A stretch of DNA of 59,184 nucleotides, filler included. It is 5 parts of 5 records of this genome, joined end to end, with 100 filler letters (N's around TTAATTAATTAA, not from the genome) between each part and the next. Parts side by side here need not be neighbours in the genome. Positions count along the whole stretch, not along the records: positions 17,215 to 29,812 come from SRR31156797_7346; 4 more parts are not named here. One strand, given 5' to 3'. The translations under genes were made by a program, and so were the position numbers. The notes below the pieces were generated by a model. The model saw only the letters and a list, made by a program, of their open reading frames with translations. It did no database searches and was not told where the DNA came from. This document shows positions 19,555 to 28,020 of this stretch, in pieces; the first letter of the stretch is position 1; the number at the start of each line of letters is the position of its first letter.

Positions 19555-21063
19555 ATGAGTAGTGCAGAACCAAGAAAAAAAAGACTAAGTAAAAAAGAGT
19601 CATATAAATATATGACAAGATTAGGTTGGGATACAACTTATAAAAGTGAAGAAGAAACTCATCCAAGCTTAAATATGGAAGGTATCAAAATACATGATTG
19701 GGACGCATGGGAAGATCCTTTTAGAATGACTATGGATTCATACTGGAAACTTCAAGCAGAAAAGGATAAAAAGCTTTACTCTATCATAGATGCTTTTGCA
19801 CAAAATAATGCTCAAAAGAATATCTCTGATGCAAGATATGTAAATGCTTTAAAACTCTTTTTAACAGGGGTAACACCTTTAGAACATAAAGTGGTAAATG
19901 GATTTGCAAATGCAGCAAGAGCTTTTAAAGGTGAAGGTGCAACCATCGCATGTCAAATGCAAGCTATAGATGAGCTTAGACACTATCAAACACAAGTACA
20001 TACAATAAGCCATTATAATAAATATTTTGATGGGTTTAGTGAGTATAGAACCCTTCATGATAGAATCTGGTATCTTTCTGTTCCAAAATCTTTTGGTGAT
20101 GATGCGAGTACAGCTGGACCATTTGAGTTTATGGTTGCTATTGGGTTTTCATTTGAGTTTGTTCTTACAAGTTTACTTTTTGTTCCATTTATGAGTGGGG
20201 CTGCGTATAACGGTGATATGGCAACGGTTACATTTGGATTTTCAGCGCAAAGTGATGAGTCTAGACATATGACACTCGGTCTTCAAGCTGTTAAGTTTAT
20301 GCTTGAACAAGATGCTGATAATGTACCTATTGTTCAAGAGTGGATGGATAAATGGCTATGGAGAGGGTATAGAATGCTTGGTCTTGTAGCTATGATGATG
20401 GATTATATGTTACCAAACTCTCCAACCTCTTGGGGTGAAGCTGTTGAGCTTTATATTGAGCAAAATGGTATGGCTTTATATAAAGATTTAGAAAAGTATG
20501 GTATCAAACCACCTATGGATCTCATTGAAGTGATGATTGCTGAAAAAGATCATCTCTCTCATCAAGTTTGGAATATTTTTTATAACCATTCAAATGCAGC
20601 AGCATTTCATACTTGGCTCCCTGATGAAAAAAAGATGGACTGGTTGAGTGAAAAATATCCAAATAGTTTTGATAAACTTTATAGACCTTTATGGACGTAC
20701 CATGCAAATAAAGAGGAGAGATTTTATTCTGAAACTTTACCTCTACTTTGTCAAACATGTCAGATTCCACTTGGATTTACCGATGTTGTAAATGGTAATC
20801 CTGAAGTTTATACCCATGTAACAACTCAATTTAATGGAGAAAATTTCCATTTTTGTTCAGACGGATGTAAACACATTTTTGAGCGAGAACCAGAGAAGTA
20901 TGTGCAATCATGGCTACCTCCTCATCAAATTTTCCAAGGAAATTGTGGTGGAGCTACACTCCCAGAAGTAGTTAAATGGTATACAATAGAAGATGGTGTG
21001 GATAATTTAGACTATGTGGGTTCACCAGATGAAGCTATGTGGAACAAACTAAAAAATATATAA
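19555..21063 (+). CDS. dmpN: Phenol hydroxylase alpha (diiron) subunit P3
   Basis: IHDWDAWEDPFR, two DExRH motifs (IDELRH, SDESRH), WYLSVPKSF, and C-terminal CQTC..FCSDGC with EPEKY. Confidence 0.97.
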   Translation: MSSAEPRKKRLSKKESYKYMTRLGWDTTYKSEEETHPSLNMEGIKIHDWDAWEDPFRMTMDSYWKLQAEKDKKLYSIIDAFAQNNAQKNISDARYVNALKLFLTGVTPLEHKVVNGFANAARAFKGEGATIACQMQAIDELRHYQTQVHTISHYNKYFDGFSEYRTLHDRIWYLSVPKSFGDDASTAGPFEFMVAIGFSFEFVLTSLLFVPFMSGAAYNGDMATVTFGFSAQSDESRHMTLGLQAVKFMLEQDADNVPIVQEWMDKWLWRGYRMLGLVAMMMDYMLPNSPTSWGEAVELYIEQNGMALYKDLEKYGIKPPMDLIEVMIAEKDHLSHQVWNIFYNHSNAAAFHTWLPDEKKMDWLSEKYPNSFDKLYRPLWTYHANKEERFYSETLPLLCQTCQIPLGFTDVVNGNPEVYTHVTTQFNGENFHFCSDGCKHIFEREPEKYVQSWLPPHQIFQGNCGGATLPEVVKWYTIEDGVDNLDYVGSPDEAMWNKLKNI

Positions 21064-21070
21064 AGGAAAA

Positions 21071-21433
21071 ATGATGGCAGTTAATTCAATAGGGGAATAC
21101 CCATTAGTTATGAAAGACAGTATTGATAGGTTTCATGGAAATCAGTTAGTGTTTATTTATTGGTATGGGCATAGAGTTGTGAGCTCTCCAAGAGCATTTC
21201 CATTACCTCCTGATATGCCTTTTGGAGCAATTTTATCAGATATTATACCTCTTACATATAAGGTTGAGCCAGATTTTGAAAAACTTGATTTTGAAACTAC
21301 TGAAGTTATTTGGGAAGTGGATGGAAAAGTGATCACTCCAGATCCTAGTAAAAGTTTAAAAGAGAATGGAATAGGGCATAAATCTTATATTCAATTTACC
21401 ACACCAACTTTAACAGGAAAGATTGGAGCATAG
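21071..21433 (+). CDS. dmpO: Phenol hydroxylase gamma subunit P4
   Basis: MAVNSIGEY, FHGNQL, FPLPPDMPFGA, PDPSKSLKENGIGHKS. Start may be the second ATG at 21074. Confidence 0.93.
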   Translation: MMAVNSIGEYPLVMKDSIDRFHGNQLVFIYWYGHRVVSSPRAFPLPPDMPFGAILSDIIPLTYKVEPDFEKLDFETTEVIWEVDGKVITPDPSKSLKENGIGHKSYIQFTTPTLTGKIGA

Positions 21434-21434
21434 T

Positions 21435-22493
21435 ATGGCATGCAAATTAGAGATTGAACCTACAGGTGATATGGTAGATGTAGAAGAGGGGCAAACTTTA
21501 CTAGATGCTGCCTTACGGCAAGGGGTGTATCTCCCCCATGCTTGTAATCATGGACTATGTGGTACTTGCAAAGTTGAAGTTTTAGAGGGTGAAGTTGATC
21601 TAGGAGATGCTTCTCCTTTTGCTTTAATGGATGTGGAAAGGGAAGATGGATATTGTCTTGCTTGTACTGCTACTGCTTTAGAGGATGTAGCTATTGAAGC
21701 AGATATAGATGAAGATCCAGATGCTAGAAGTATCCCTGTAAAAGATTTTGAGGGAACAGTAGTTGAGTTTAGGATGCTTACTCCTAGAATACTTGGAGTT
21801 TGGATAGAACTTGATGAACAGATAGATTTTCAAGCTGGTCAGTATATCAATCTTCATGTACCAGGGTTTGATGAACCAAGAGCTTTTTCTTTAGCAAACC
21901 AACCAAGTACAGGGAAAGTGATAGAGCTAAATATAGGGATTATCCCTGATGGTGAAGTTACCCCTTGGATCCATGAAAATATAAAAGTTGGAGATAGATA
22001 TAAAGTCTCAGGTCCATTTGGAAGATTTTTTGTCAAAAGAAGTGCAAAGCTTCCTATGATATTCTTTGCAGGTGGTTCAGGACTTTCAAGTCCAAAGTCT
22101 ATGATCTTAGATGAATTGGAAAATGGATGTGTAGAACCTATTACCCTTTTTCATGGAGCTAGAGATGTTCAAGAGCTTTATTATGCTGAGATGTTTAAAG
22201 AGCTAGAGAGTAAATATGAAAACTTTACATACATACCTGTTTTATCAGATAATGAAGATGAGAGTTGGCAAGGGGAAGTTGGTTTTACCAATGATGTGGC
22301 AAAAAAACTTTATGATGGAAAATTTAGTGGTAATAAAGCCTATCTATGTGGACCACCAATGATGAGTGAAGCGTGTATCACCACTTTAATGCAAGGAAGA
22401 CTTTTTGAAAAAGATATCCATACTGAAAAGTTTTTTTCAAAAGCTGATTTGAATAAGGAAAATACAAAAAGTCCACTTTTTAAATCTTTATGA
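21435..22493 (+). CDS. dmpP: Phenol hydroxylase NADH reductase P5 ([2Fe-2S] + FAD/NAD)
   Basis: PHACNHGLCGTCK..CLAC, RAFSLAN, AGGSGLSSPKSM, AYLCGPPMM, EKFF, SPLFKSL. Confidence 0.95.
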   Translation: MACKLEIEPTGDMVDVEEGQTLLDAALRQGVYLPHACNHGLCGTCKVEVLEGEVDLGDASPFALMDVEREDGYCLACTATALEDVAIEADIDEDPDARSIPVKDFEGTVVEFRMLTPRILGVWIELDEQIDFQAGQYINLHVPGFDEPRAFSLANQPSTGKVIELNIGIIPDGEVTPWIHENIKVGDRYKVSGPFGRFFVKRSAKLPMIFFAGGSGLSSPKSMILDELENGCVEPITLFHGARDVQELYYAEMFKELESKYENFTYIPVLSDNEDESWQGEVGFTNDVAKKLYDGKFSGNKAYLCGPPMMSEACITTLMQGRLFEKDIHTEKFFSKADLNKENTKSPLFKSL

Positions 22494-22495
22494 TA

Positions 22496-22525
22496 TAGAG
22501 TATGGTAATTGGACACCATACTCTA
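22496..22525 (+). terminator. Stem-loop directly after dmpP (terminator or mRNA-stabilising hairpin)
   Basis: Perfect 11-bp stem TAGAGTATGGT / ACCATACTCTA with an 8-nt loop; no clear U-tail. Confidence 0.55.
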
Positions 22526-22634
22526 GTATAAAACTCCCTTTATCTATAATAAAAAGTATTATTTTATTTAGGCTACAGTAATATTTTAGTAAAATAATAG
22601 TAAATTCATTAGATATATTATCTAAAGGTATATT

Positions 22635-23030
22635 ATGGAACAACTCATTTATTGTAGTACTGCAAAACCTGATACAAGTTTTGAAATGGTTAAAAGTATC
22701 TTAGATGTTGCAAAGAATAAAAATAAAGAGTTTGGTTTGAGTGGGATGCTTATTTTTAATGGTACTTATTTTTTGCAATGTATTGAAGGACCAAAAGAAC
22801 ATATACAAACTCTTTACTCAAACATTCTTAGAGACACAAGACATCATAATATTAAAAAAATAGACCAAATAGAGATAAAAAAAAGAGATTTTGCTCAATG
22901 GTCTATGGGGTATTACAATTCTAGAAAACAGATTAATCAATTTATTCAGCATGATAATTACGATCCTTATTCTATAAAGTTTGAAGAGGCTAAAAAACTG
23001 TTGATCAAATTTTCTAAAGGTATAGTTTGA
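22635..23030 (+). CDS. Stand-alone BLUF blue-light photoreceptor
   Basis: LIYCS (Tyr), NKEFGLSGML (Asn), FLQCIEG (Gln), RDTRH, FAQWSM (Trp/Met); the photochemically required residues are present. Confidence 0.93.
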   Translation: MEQLIYCSTAKPDTSFEMVKSILDVAKNKNKEFGLSGMLIFNGTYFLQCIEGPKEHIQTLYSNILRDTRHHNIKKIDQIEIKKRDFAQWSMGYYNSRKQINQFIQHDNYDPYSIKFEEAKKLLIKFSKGIV

Positions 23031-23067
23031 AAAAAACAGTAAAAAATATTATGAAGAAGGTATTTTA

Positions 23068-23649
23068 GTGAGAGGGATTTTATTTAAAGCATATACAGAG
23101 TTTATTAAAGATCGTTTTGATTCAAAGATTTTAGATCAAGTTCTTCAAAATGGAGATTATCCAAATAGTGGTGGTTTTTCTGCTTTGGGAAACTACCATA
23201 CCTCATATATGACCTCTTTAATAGATAATAGTGCAGTTTTTTTTAAGTGTTCAAAAAATGCTATTATGAGACAGTTTGGAAGATTTACTTATGGGTATCT
23301 TCATAAAAGATTTAAAAAAATGTATGCAGATCAAAGTGAGATATTGAATCTCAATAATCCATTTGATTTTTTAGAAAATCTCAATACCTTACACTTTGCA
23401 GAGTTAAAAAAGCTTTACCCAAATGCTCATTTTCCTAAATTTGAGATAGAAAGAGTTGGGGATGAACATATTATTTTAGAGTATTCTAGCTTTAGAGATA
23501 TTCCTTATTTAACCTATGGATTGATTGAGGGGTGTTTAGAGTATTATAAAGTGGTAGGATCAGTAACTATGATGAAGCTAGATAAGGTAAGACAGATTGA
23601 TGCTCAAGCCTATCCAGTCTATAGATTTGAGGTGAAAAAAGATGGATAA
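23068..23649 (+). CDS. H-NOX (heme NO/O2-binding) protein
   Basis: MRGILF N-terminus, proximal His in LHFAELKKLYP, conserved Pro in FPKF, YxSxR (YSSFR), GLIEG. GTG start. Confidence 0.9.
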   Translation: MRGILFKAYTEFIKDRFDSKILDQVLQNGDYPNSGGFSALGNYHTSYMTSLIDNSAVFFKCSKNAIMRQFGRFTYGYLHKRFKKMYADQSEILNLNNPFDFLENLNTLHFAELKKLYPNAHFPKFEIERVGDEHIILEYSSFRDIPYLTYGLIEGCLEYYKVVGSVTMMKLDKVRQIDAQAYPVYRFEVKKDG

Positions 23650-24997
23650 TAGAGCCTTAAATGAGGAGGTAGAACTTCTTAAAAGAGAATTGATACGTGA
23701 ACAGCTTGCCCATTTAGAAACTGAAGAAATAGCTGAAAAAGTTACTTTAGAACTCTATAATACAAATACACAGCTCCAAACTATTTTTGATATTACAAAA
23801 GATGGGATAGCTATTGTTGATCTTGAAACAAATTTTTTATTTTTTAATAAAGCATATCTTTTAATGACAGGTTTTACATCTGAAGAACTTTTGACAAAAA
23901 GCTGTGCAGGTCTTTCTACAAAAGAGGATTTACAAAGATCACAAGATGTAGTAGAAGAGGTGATCCAAAAAGGTTTTGTTGAAAACTTTGAAAAAACATG
24001 TATCGCAAAAGATAATAGAAGATTGTATGTAAATATGTCTTTTGCACTTATGCCTGATAAAAAACGGATCTTAGTTGCTACAAAAGATATCTCAGAGCAA
24101 AAAAGAAAAGAGAAAGTTATCCAAGATTATGTGCAGCTTATTGATATGAGTGTGATCACTTCTTCAACTGATCTTGAAGGGAATATTACATATGTATCAG
24201 ATGCATTTTGTACTATAAGTGGGTATTCAAAAGAGGAATTAATAGGACAAAACCATAGAATCGTTAGACATCCTGATATGGATCAAGAGGTATATAGGGA
24301 ACTATGGAACACTATAAAACTTGATATGGTATGGGTAGGAGAGCTTAAAAACAAAAAAAAAGATGGAAGCTCGTATTGGGTGCAAGCTTCAGTTTCTCCT
24401 ACATATGATGAATATGGTAAAAAAATTGGTTATACCTCAGTTCGTCAAGATATCACAGATAAAAAGATCTTAGAGCAGATCTCTATCACAGATCCTTTAA
24501 CAAATATTTATAATAGAAGATACTTTGATGAAGTATTTTCAAATGTATACAATAATGCAAAGAGAAATAATCAATATGAGTTTTTTCTTATTTTAGATAT
24601 TGATCATTTTAAACAATACAATGATTATTATGGACACCATATGGGTGATGAGACTTTAAAAAAAGTGGCAAGTTGTTTACAAAAACCTTTAAAAAGAAAA
24701 GAAGATTATTGTTTTAGACTTGGAGGGGAAGAGTTTGGTGTACTCTATCAGGCTGAATCAAAAGAGCAAGGTCTAAAGTATGCAGAAACTATTAGAGAGT
24801 CTATAGAAAGCTTACAAATTGCACATAAATATAATAGTGCTAGTGCTTATGTCACTATCTCTTTGGGGTTGGTATGTATAAATAGTACAAATGATCAAAT
24901 AGATAGCAAAACAAAAATCTATCAACAAGCTGATCAATTATTGTATGTGGCTAAAAACTCTGGTAGAAATCAAGTATGTTTTATGATAAATGAATAA
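23642..24997 (+). CDS. PAS-PAS-GGDEF diguanylate cyclase
   Basis: N-terminal coiled coil, two PAS domains, TDPLT..NRR, LDIDHFKQYNDYYGH, RxxD I-site (RKED), RLGGEEF, AKNSGRN. Overlaps the H-NOX gene by 8 nt. Confidence 0.95.
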   Translation: MDNRALNEEVELLKRELIREQLAHLETEEIAEKVTLELYNTNTQLQTIFDITKDGIAIVDLETNFLFFNKAYLLMTGFTSEELLTKSCAGLSTKEDLQRSQDVVEEVIQKGFVENFEKTCIAKDNRRLYVNMSFALMPDKKRILVATKDISEQKRKEKVIQDYVQLIDMSVITSSTDLEGNITYVSDAFCTISGYSKEELIGQNHRIVRHPDMDQEVYRELWNTIKLDMVWVGELKNKKKDGSSYWVQASVSPTYDEYGKKIGYTSVRQDITDKKILEQISITDPLTNIYNRRYFDEVFSNVYNNAKRNNQYEFFLILDIDHFKQYNDYYGHHMGDETLKKVASCLQKPLKRKEDYCFRLGGEEFGVLYQAESKEQGLKYAETIRESIESLQIAHKYNSASAYVTISLGLVCINSTNDQIDSKTKIYQQADQLLYVAKNSGRNQVCFMINE

Positions 24998-25011
24998 GTT
25001 CTCTCTACTGT

Positions 25012-26883
25012 TTAATATTTTTTAAGTTTGATTGTAAACTTTGCTCCTTGTACTGTATTACTAGCGAGAATAGTTCCATTTAACTTTGTTTCAATGATCA
25101 GTTTAGACATATAAAGCCCAAGACCACTTCCCTCTTTACGGTTTTTTGTGGTAAAATAGATATCAAATATTTTGGATAAAAGTTCCTTTTTTATCCCTCC
25201 TGCATTATCTTTAATAGTCACTATCACATGCTCTTTTGTTTCATTTATTTTGATAGTGATCTCTCCATTTAATACTTCCCTTGCAACAATCGCATCTTCA
25301 GCATTAGCAATGATATTTAAAATAACTTGGGAAAACTCATTTGGATAGCCAGTAAACTTTACTAGTTTCTCTTTATCTTTGAAGTTTATTTTAATATGTT
25401 TATAAACTAAAGAGGCTTTGATGATATTTAAGGCATTGTCTATTTGTTCATTGACAATAAAGGTGACTTTTTGGTTTTTAGGTTCAAAAAAGTTTCTAAA
25501 ATCATCTATAGTTACAGACATGTATTTTATAAGCTGATTTCCCGCTTCTAGCTTTTTACTTAAGTACTCTTCTGTGAGTTCATCAAATGAATAAGCTGAT
25601 TCTAGGTTCATAAAAATTCCACCAAGTTTTGAAAGGGGTTGTCTCCATTGATGGGCAATATGACCTATCATTTCCCCCATAGTCGCAAGTTTTGCTTGCT
25701 GCATTAAAAGATACTCACTCTCCATCCGTTTTTTGATCTCTTTATCAATGATCTCTTGGAGTTGTTGATTTTTATTTTCATAGGTGGTTACATCTTTTAA
25801 AATAAGTTTAATATAACTGCTTGAGAGATTTTTTGAAATAGTTCCTGAAACCTCATAGGTAAGATCTTTGATTCTCACGGTTACATTGCTAATAGTACCA
25901 ATAGATTCAATATGGTTTTTGATCGTTTCCCAATCATTTTGAGAAAGGATACTGGTGATCTTTGTATCGATGTAGGTTTCACCAAAATGTTTAATTGCTT
26001 CATCATTGAGCCACGATACGATCGCATTGGTATCTGTATGATACACCTCAATGATCGGTTCTGGTAAAAAGTTCATGATCTCTTGGGCATGTTTGATCTT
26101 ATTTTGTAAAACCTTTGTATAGTTTCCTTTTATATGTTGGAGGATATCTCTATTGGTAAGTAAAGAGATAACTTTACCTGATAGGTCTGTCACTACTATC
26201 CGTCTGATTTGCTGTAGTTGCATAATCTCAATAGCAGTGTGTACATCTGTATCTAAGGGGATTGTAATAAGAGGTGATGCCATATGAGCTGAGATAGAAC
26301 TTTGCATATCAACTTCATTATAAATAGCCTGAATAATATCTTTTTCTGTCACTATCCCAATATGTTGATCTTTTTTTGAGATGATCACAGAACCTATTTT
26401 ATTCATTTTCATGATACTTAGAGTTTTTTGTATAGTGGTTGTATCTTCAACACATAAAAGCTGTTTGTTTGTATTGATAAGGTTTTGAATCTTTAGATCA
26501 ACTTTATAAAAATCAGATTCTAGGTGTCTAATGAGATCCTCTTGAAGTACGATTCCTTTATATTGATCATTTTCATCTTTTAATAAAAGTCGTTTGATAT
26601 TATTTTGATTGAGTATCTCAAAAGCAAACTCTACGGGTCTGCTCTCATCTGTTTCTATTAAGTTCCTATTTGCAATAGTTATTGCTTTTTCATTTAAAGA
26701 GATATTTTTATCAAGCGCGTTTATAATATCACTCTCTGTGATAATACCTATCGCTTTTGTGGTATGAAGTACAACTACACAGCCCGATTTGTTTTCATTG
26801 ATAACTCCTAAGGCTTCTTTAATAGAACTAGAGTCTGTTATCGTAATTGGTTTGCTTGTTTTAATATCTTTTAAAGTAAACAT
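25012..26883 (-). CDS. Cytoplasmic histidine kinase with two CBS pairs and a PAS-like segment
   Basis: GIITESDI, GIVLQEDL, GIVTEKDI and SLLTNRDI (four CBS repeats); IAHQWRQPL H-box, NIIANA, DNAGGI, FTTK, GSGLGL; no TM helix. Confidence 0.9.
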   Translation of the reverse strand: MFTLKDIKTSKPITITDSSSIKEALGVINENKSGCVVVLHTTKAIGIITESDIINALDKNISLNEKAITIANRNLIETDESRPVEFAFEILNQNNIKRLLLKDENDQYKGIVLQEDLIRHLESDFYKVDLKIQNLINTNKQLLCVEDTTTIQKTLSIMKMNKIGSVIISKKDQHIGIVTEKDIIQAIYNEVDMQSSISAHMASPLITIPLDTDVHTAIEIMQLQQIRRIVVTDLSGKVISLLTNRDILQHIKGNYTKVLQNKIKHAQEIMNFLPEPIIEVYHTDTNAIVSWLNDEAIKHFGETYIDTKITSILSQNDWETIKNHIESIGTISNVTVRIKDLTYEVSGTISKNLSSSYIKLILKDVTTYENKNQQLQEIIDKEIKKRMESEYLLMQQAKLATMGEMIGHIAHQWRQPLSKLGGIFMNLESAYSFDELTEEYLSKKLEAGNQLIKYMSVTIDDFRNFFEPKNQKVTFIVNEQIDNALNIIKASLVYKHIKINFKDKEKLVKFTGYPNEFSQVILNIIANAEDAIVAREVLNGEITIKINETKEHVIVTIKDNAGGIKKELLSKIFDIYFTTKNRKEGSGLGLYMSKLIIETKLNGTILASNTVQGAKFTIKLKKY

Positions 26884-27587
26884 TATGAAACAATATTAAG
26901 TTTATAACCCATTCCACTAATGTTTTGTAGAATTTTAGGATGAGTTTTTTGTCGCAGATTTCTTATTTGACTTCGAATAGCATCAGGAGTCATTACTGAT
27001 TCATACCAGATCTCACTTTCTAACATCTCATAAGTGACAATAGAGTTACTTTTTGAGATAAAAAATTTTAAAAGTTCAAGCTCTTTTCTTCGTAGATCGA
27101 TCGGTTCATTTTCACAATACAAAACATTATGTTTTGTATGGAATTTAAATCCTTCTCCTAGATCAATAAAGCTTAACTCTATATTTTCATCTTCAAGCTC
27201 TTCAAAAACTTTTTCTAAAACTTGAAAAAGATCATCACTTGTTACAGGTTTTACAAGGTATCTACTTATTTGAAGCTCAATAGCATCTAACATAAACTCT
27301 TTATTTGTATACGCAGTTGAGATTACTATTTTTATATCTTTATCTTTTTGACGAATACTTTTAATCATCTGTATTCCATTGAGTTTAGGAAGATTGATAT
27401 CGACGATCATTAAATGTGGTTTGTGCTTTTTATAAAGATCTATCCCTGTTTCAGCATCTTTAGCACAATGTATTTGGGTTGCAAATCGTTCAAAAAACTC
27501 TTTAATATAGTTTCTGATATCATCATCATCTTCAACATAGACAAGTTTTAAATTCGCTAATTTATTTTTTAAATTATTATTTGTCAC
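26883..27587 (-). CDS. OmpR-family response regulator
   Basis: YVEDD, VDINLP, STAY, YLVKP; winged helix ELELL..IW..IRSQIRNLRQK..GMGY. Likely GTG start at 27587 rather than 27677. Stop overlaps the kinase start (TAATG). Confidence 0.9.
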   Translation of the reverse strand: MTNNNLKNKLANLKLVYVEDDDDIRNYIKEFFERFATQIHCAKDAETGIDLYKKHKPHLMIVDINLPKLNGIQMIKSIRQKDKDIKIVISTAYTNKEFMLDAIELQISRYLVKPVTSDDLFQVLEKVFEELEDENIELSFIDLGEGFKFHTKHNVLYCENEPIDLRRKELELLKFFISKSNSIVTYEMLESEIWYESVMTPDAIRSQIRNLRQKTHPKILQNISGMGYKLNIVS

Positions 27588-27647
27588 AACTACTCGCTTT
27601 TTTACCATCATATGGATTATAATAGTCTTGAAATAATACCATGAAAC

Positions 27648-27689
27648 AATGGAATAAAAATGGAACTTCATTTCCATTTTTATTCCATT
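27648..27689. repeat. Perfect 18-bp inverted repeat whose arms are themselves 11-bp-period direct repeats
   Basis: AATGGAATAAAAATGGAA-cttcat-TTCCATTTTTATTCCATT between divergent genes. Confidence 0.9.
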
Positions 27690-27741
27690 ATAAATAGTTA
27701 CAATTACAATTATTATAGCATATAAAAAGTAAAGGAAAAAG

Positions 27742-27957
27742 ATGGCAAACCTTGAAATGACACATGAAGAGTGGGATAAGATATTTCAACAGAGAAAAGA
27801 GTTTGAGAAAAAAAATCCTAAATTAAAGATATCTAAAAGATATAAGTCATATAAAAATGAAGATGGGAAGACTAGTTGTACGAAGTGTGGTAGAACCTCT
27901 GAAATTGGAACCTGTTCTGATTGTGTAGGGGAAAAAGAGTATTTACAAATAGCATAA
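27742..27957 (+). CDS. Small hypothetical protein with CxxC-x7-CxxC (putative Zn finger)
   Basis: 71 aa, CTKC..CSDC, SD AAAGGA. Confidence 0.75.
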   Translation: MANLEMTHEEWDKIFQQRKEFEKKNPKLKISKRYKSYKNEDGKTSCTKCGRTSEIGTCSDCVGEKEYLQIA

Positions 27958-27984
27958 AGTTTATTATCTAAGATAGCAGAAAAT

Positions 27985-28014
27985 AATTGACTTTAAGTCA
28001 ATTGATTGTAAAAT
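27985..28014 (+). promoter_or_regulatory. sigma70-like promoter overlapped by a 19-bp palindrome
   Basis: AATTGACTT-T-AAGTCAATT at 27985-28003; TTGACT (27987) -16 nt- TAAAAT (28009). Confidence 0.55.
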
Positions 28015-28020
28015 AAATTC

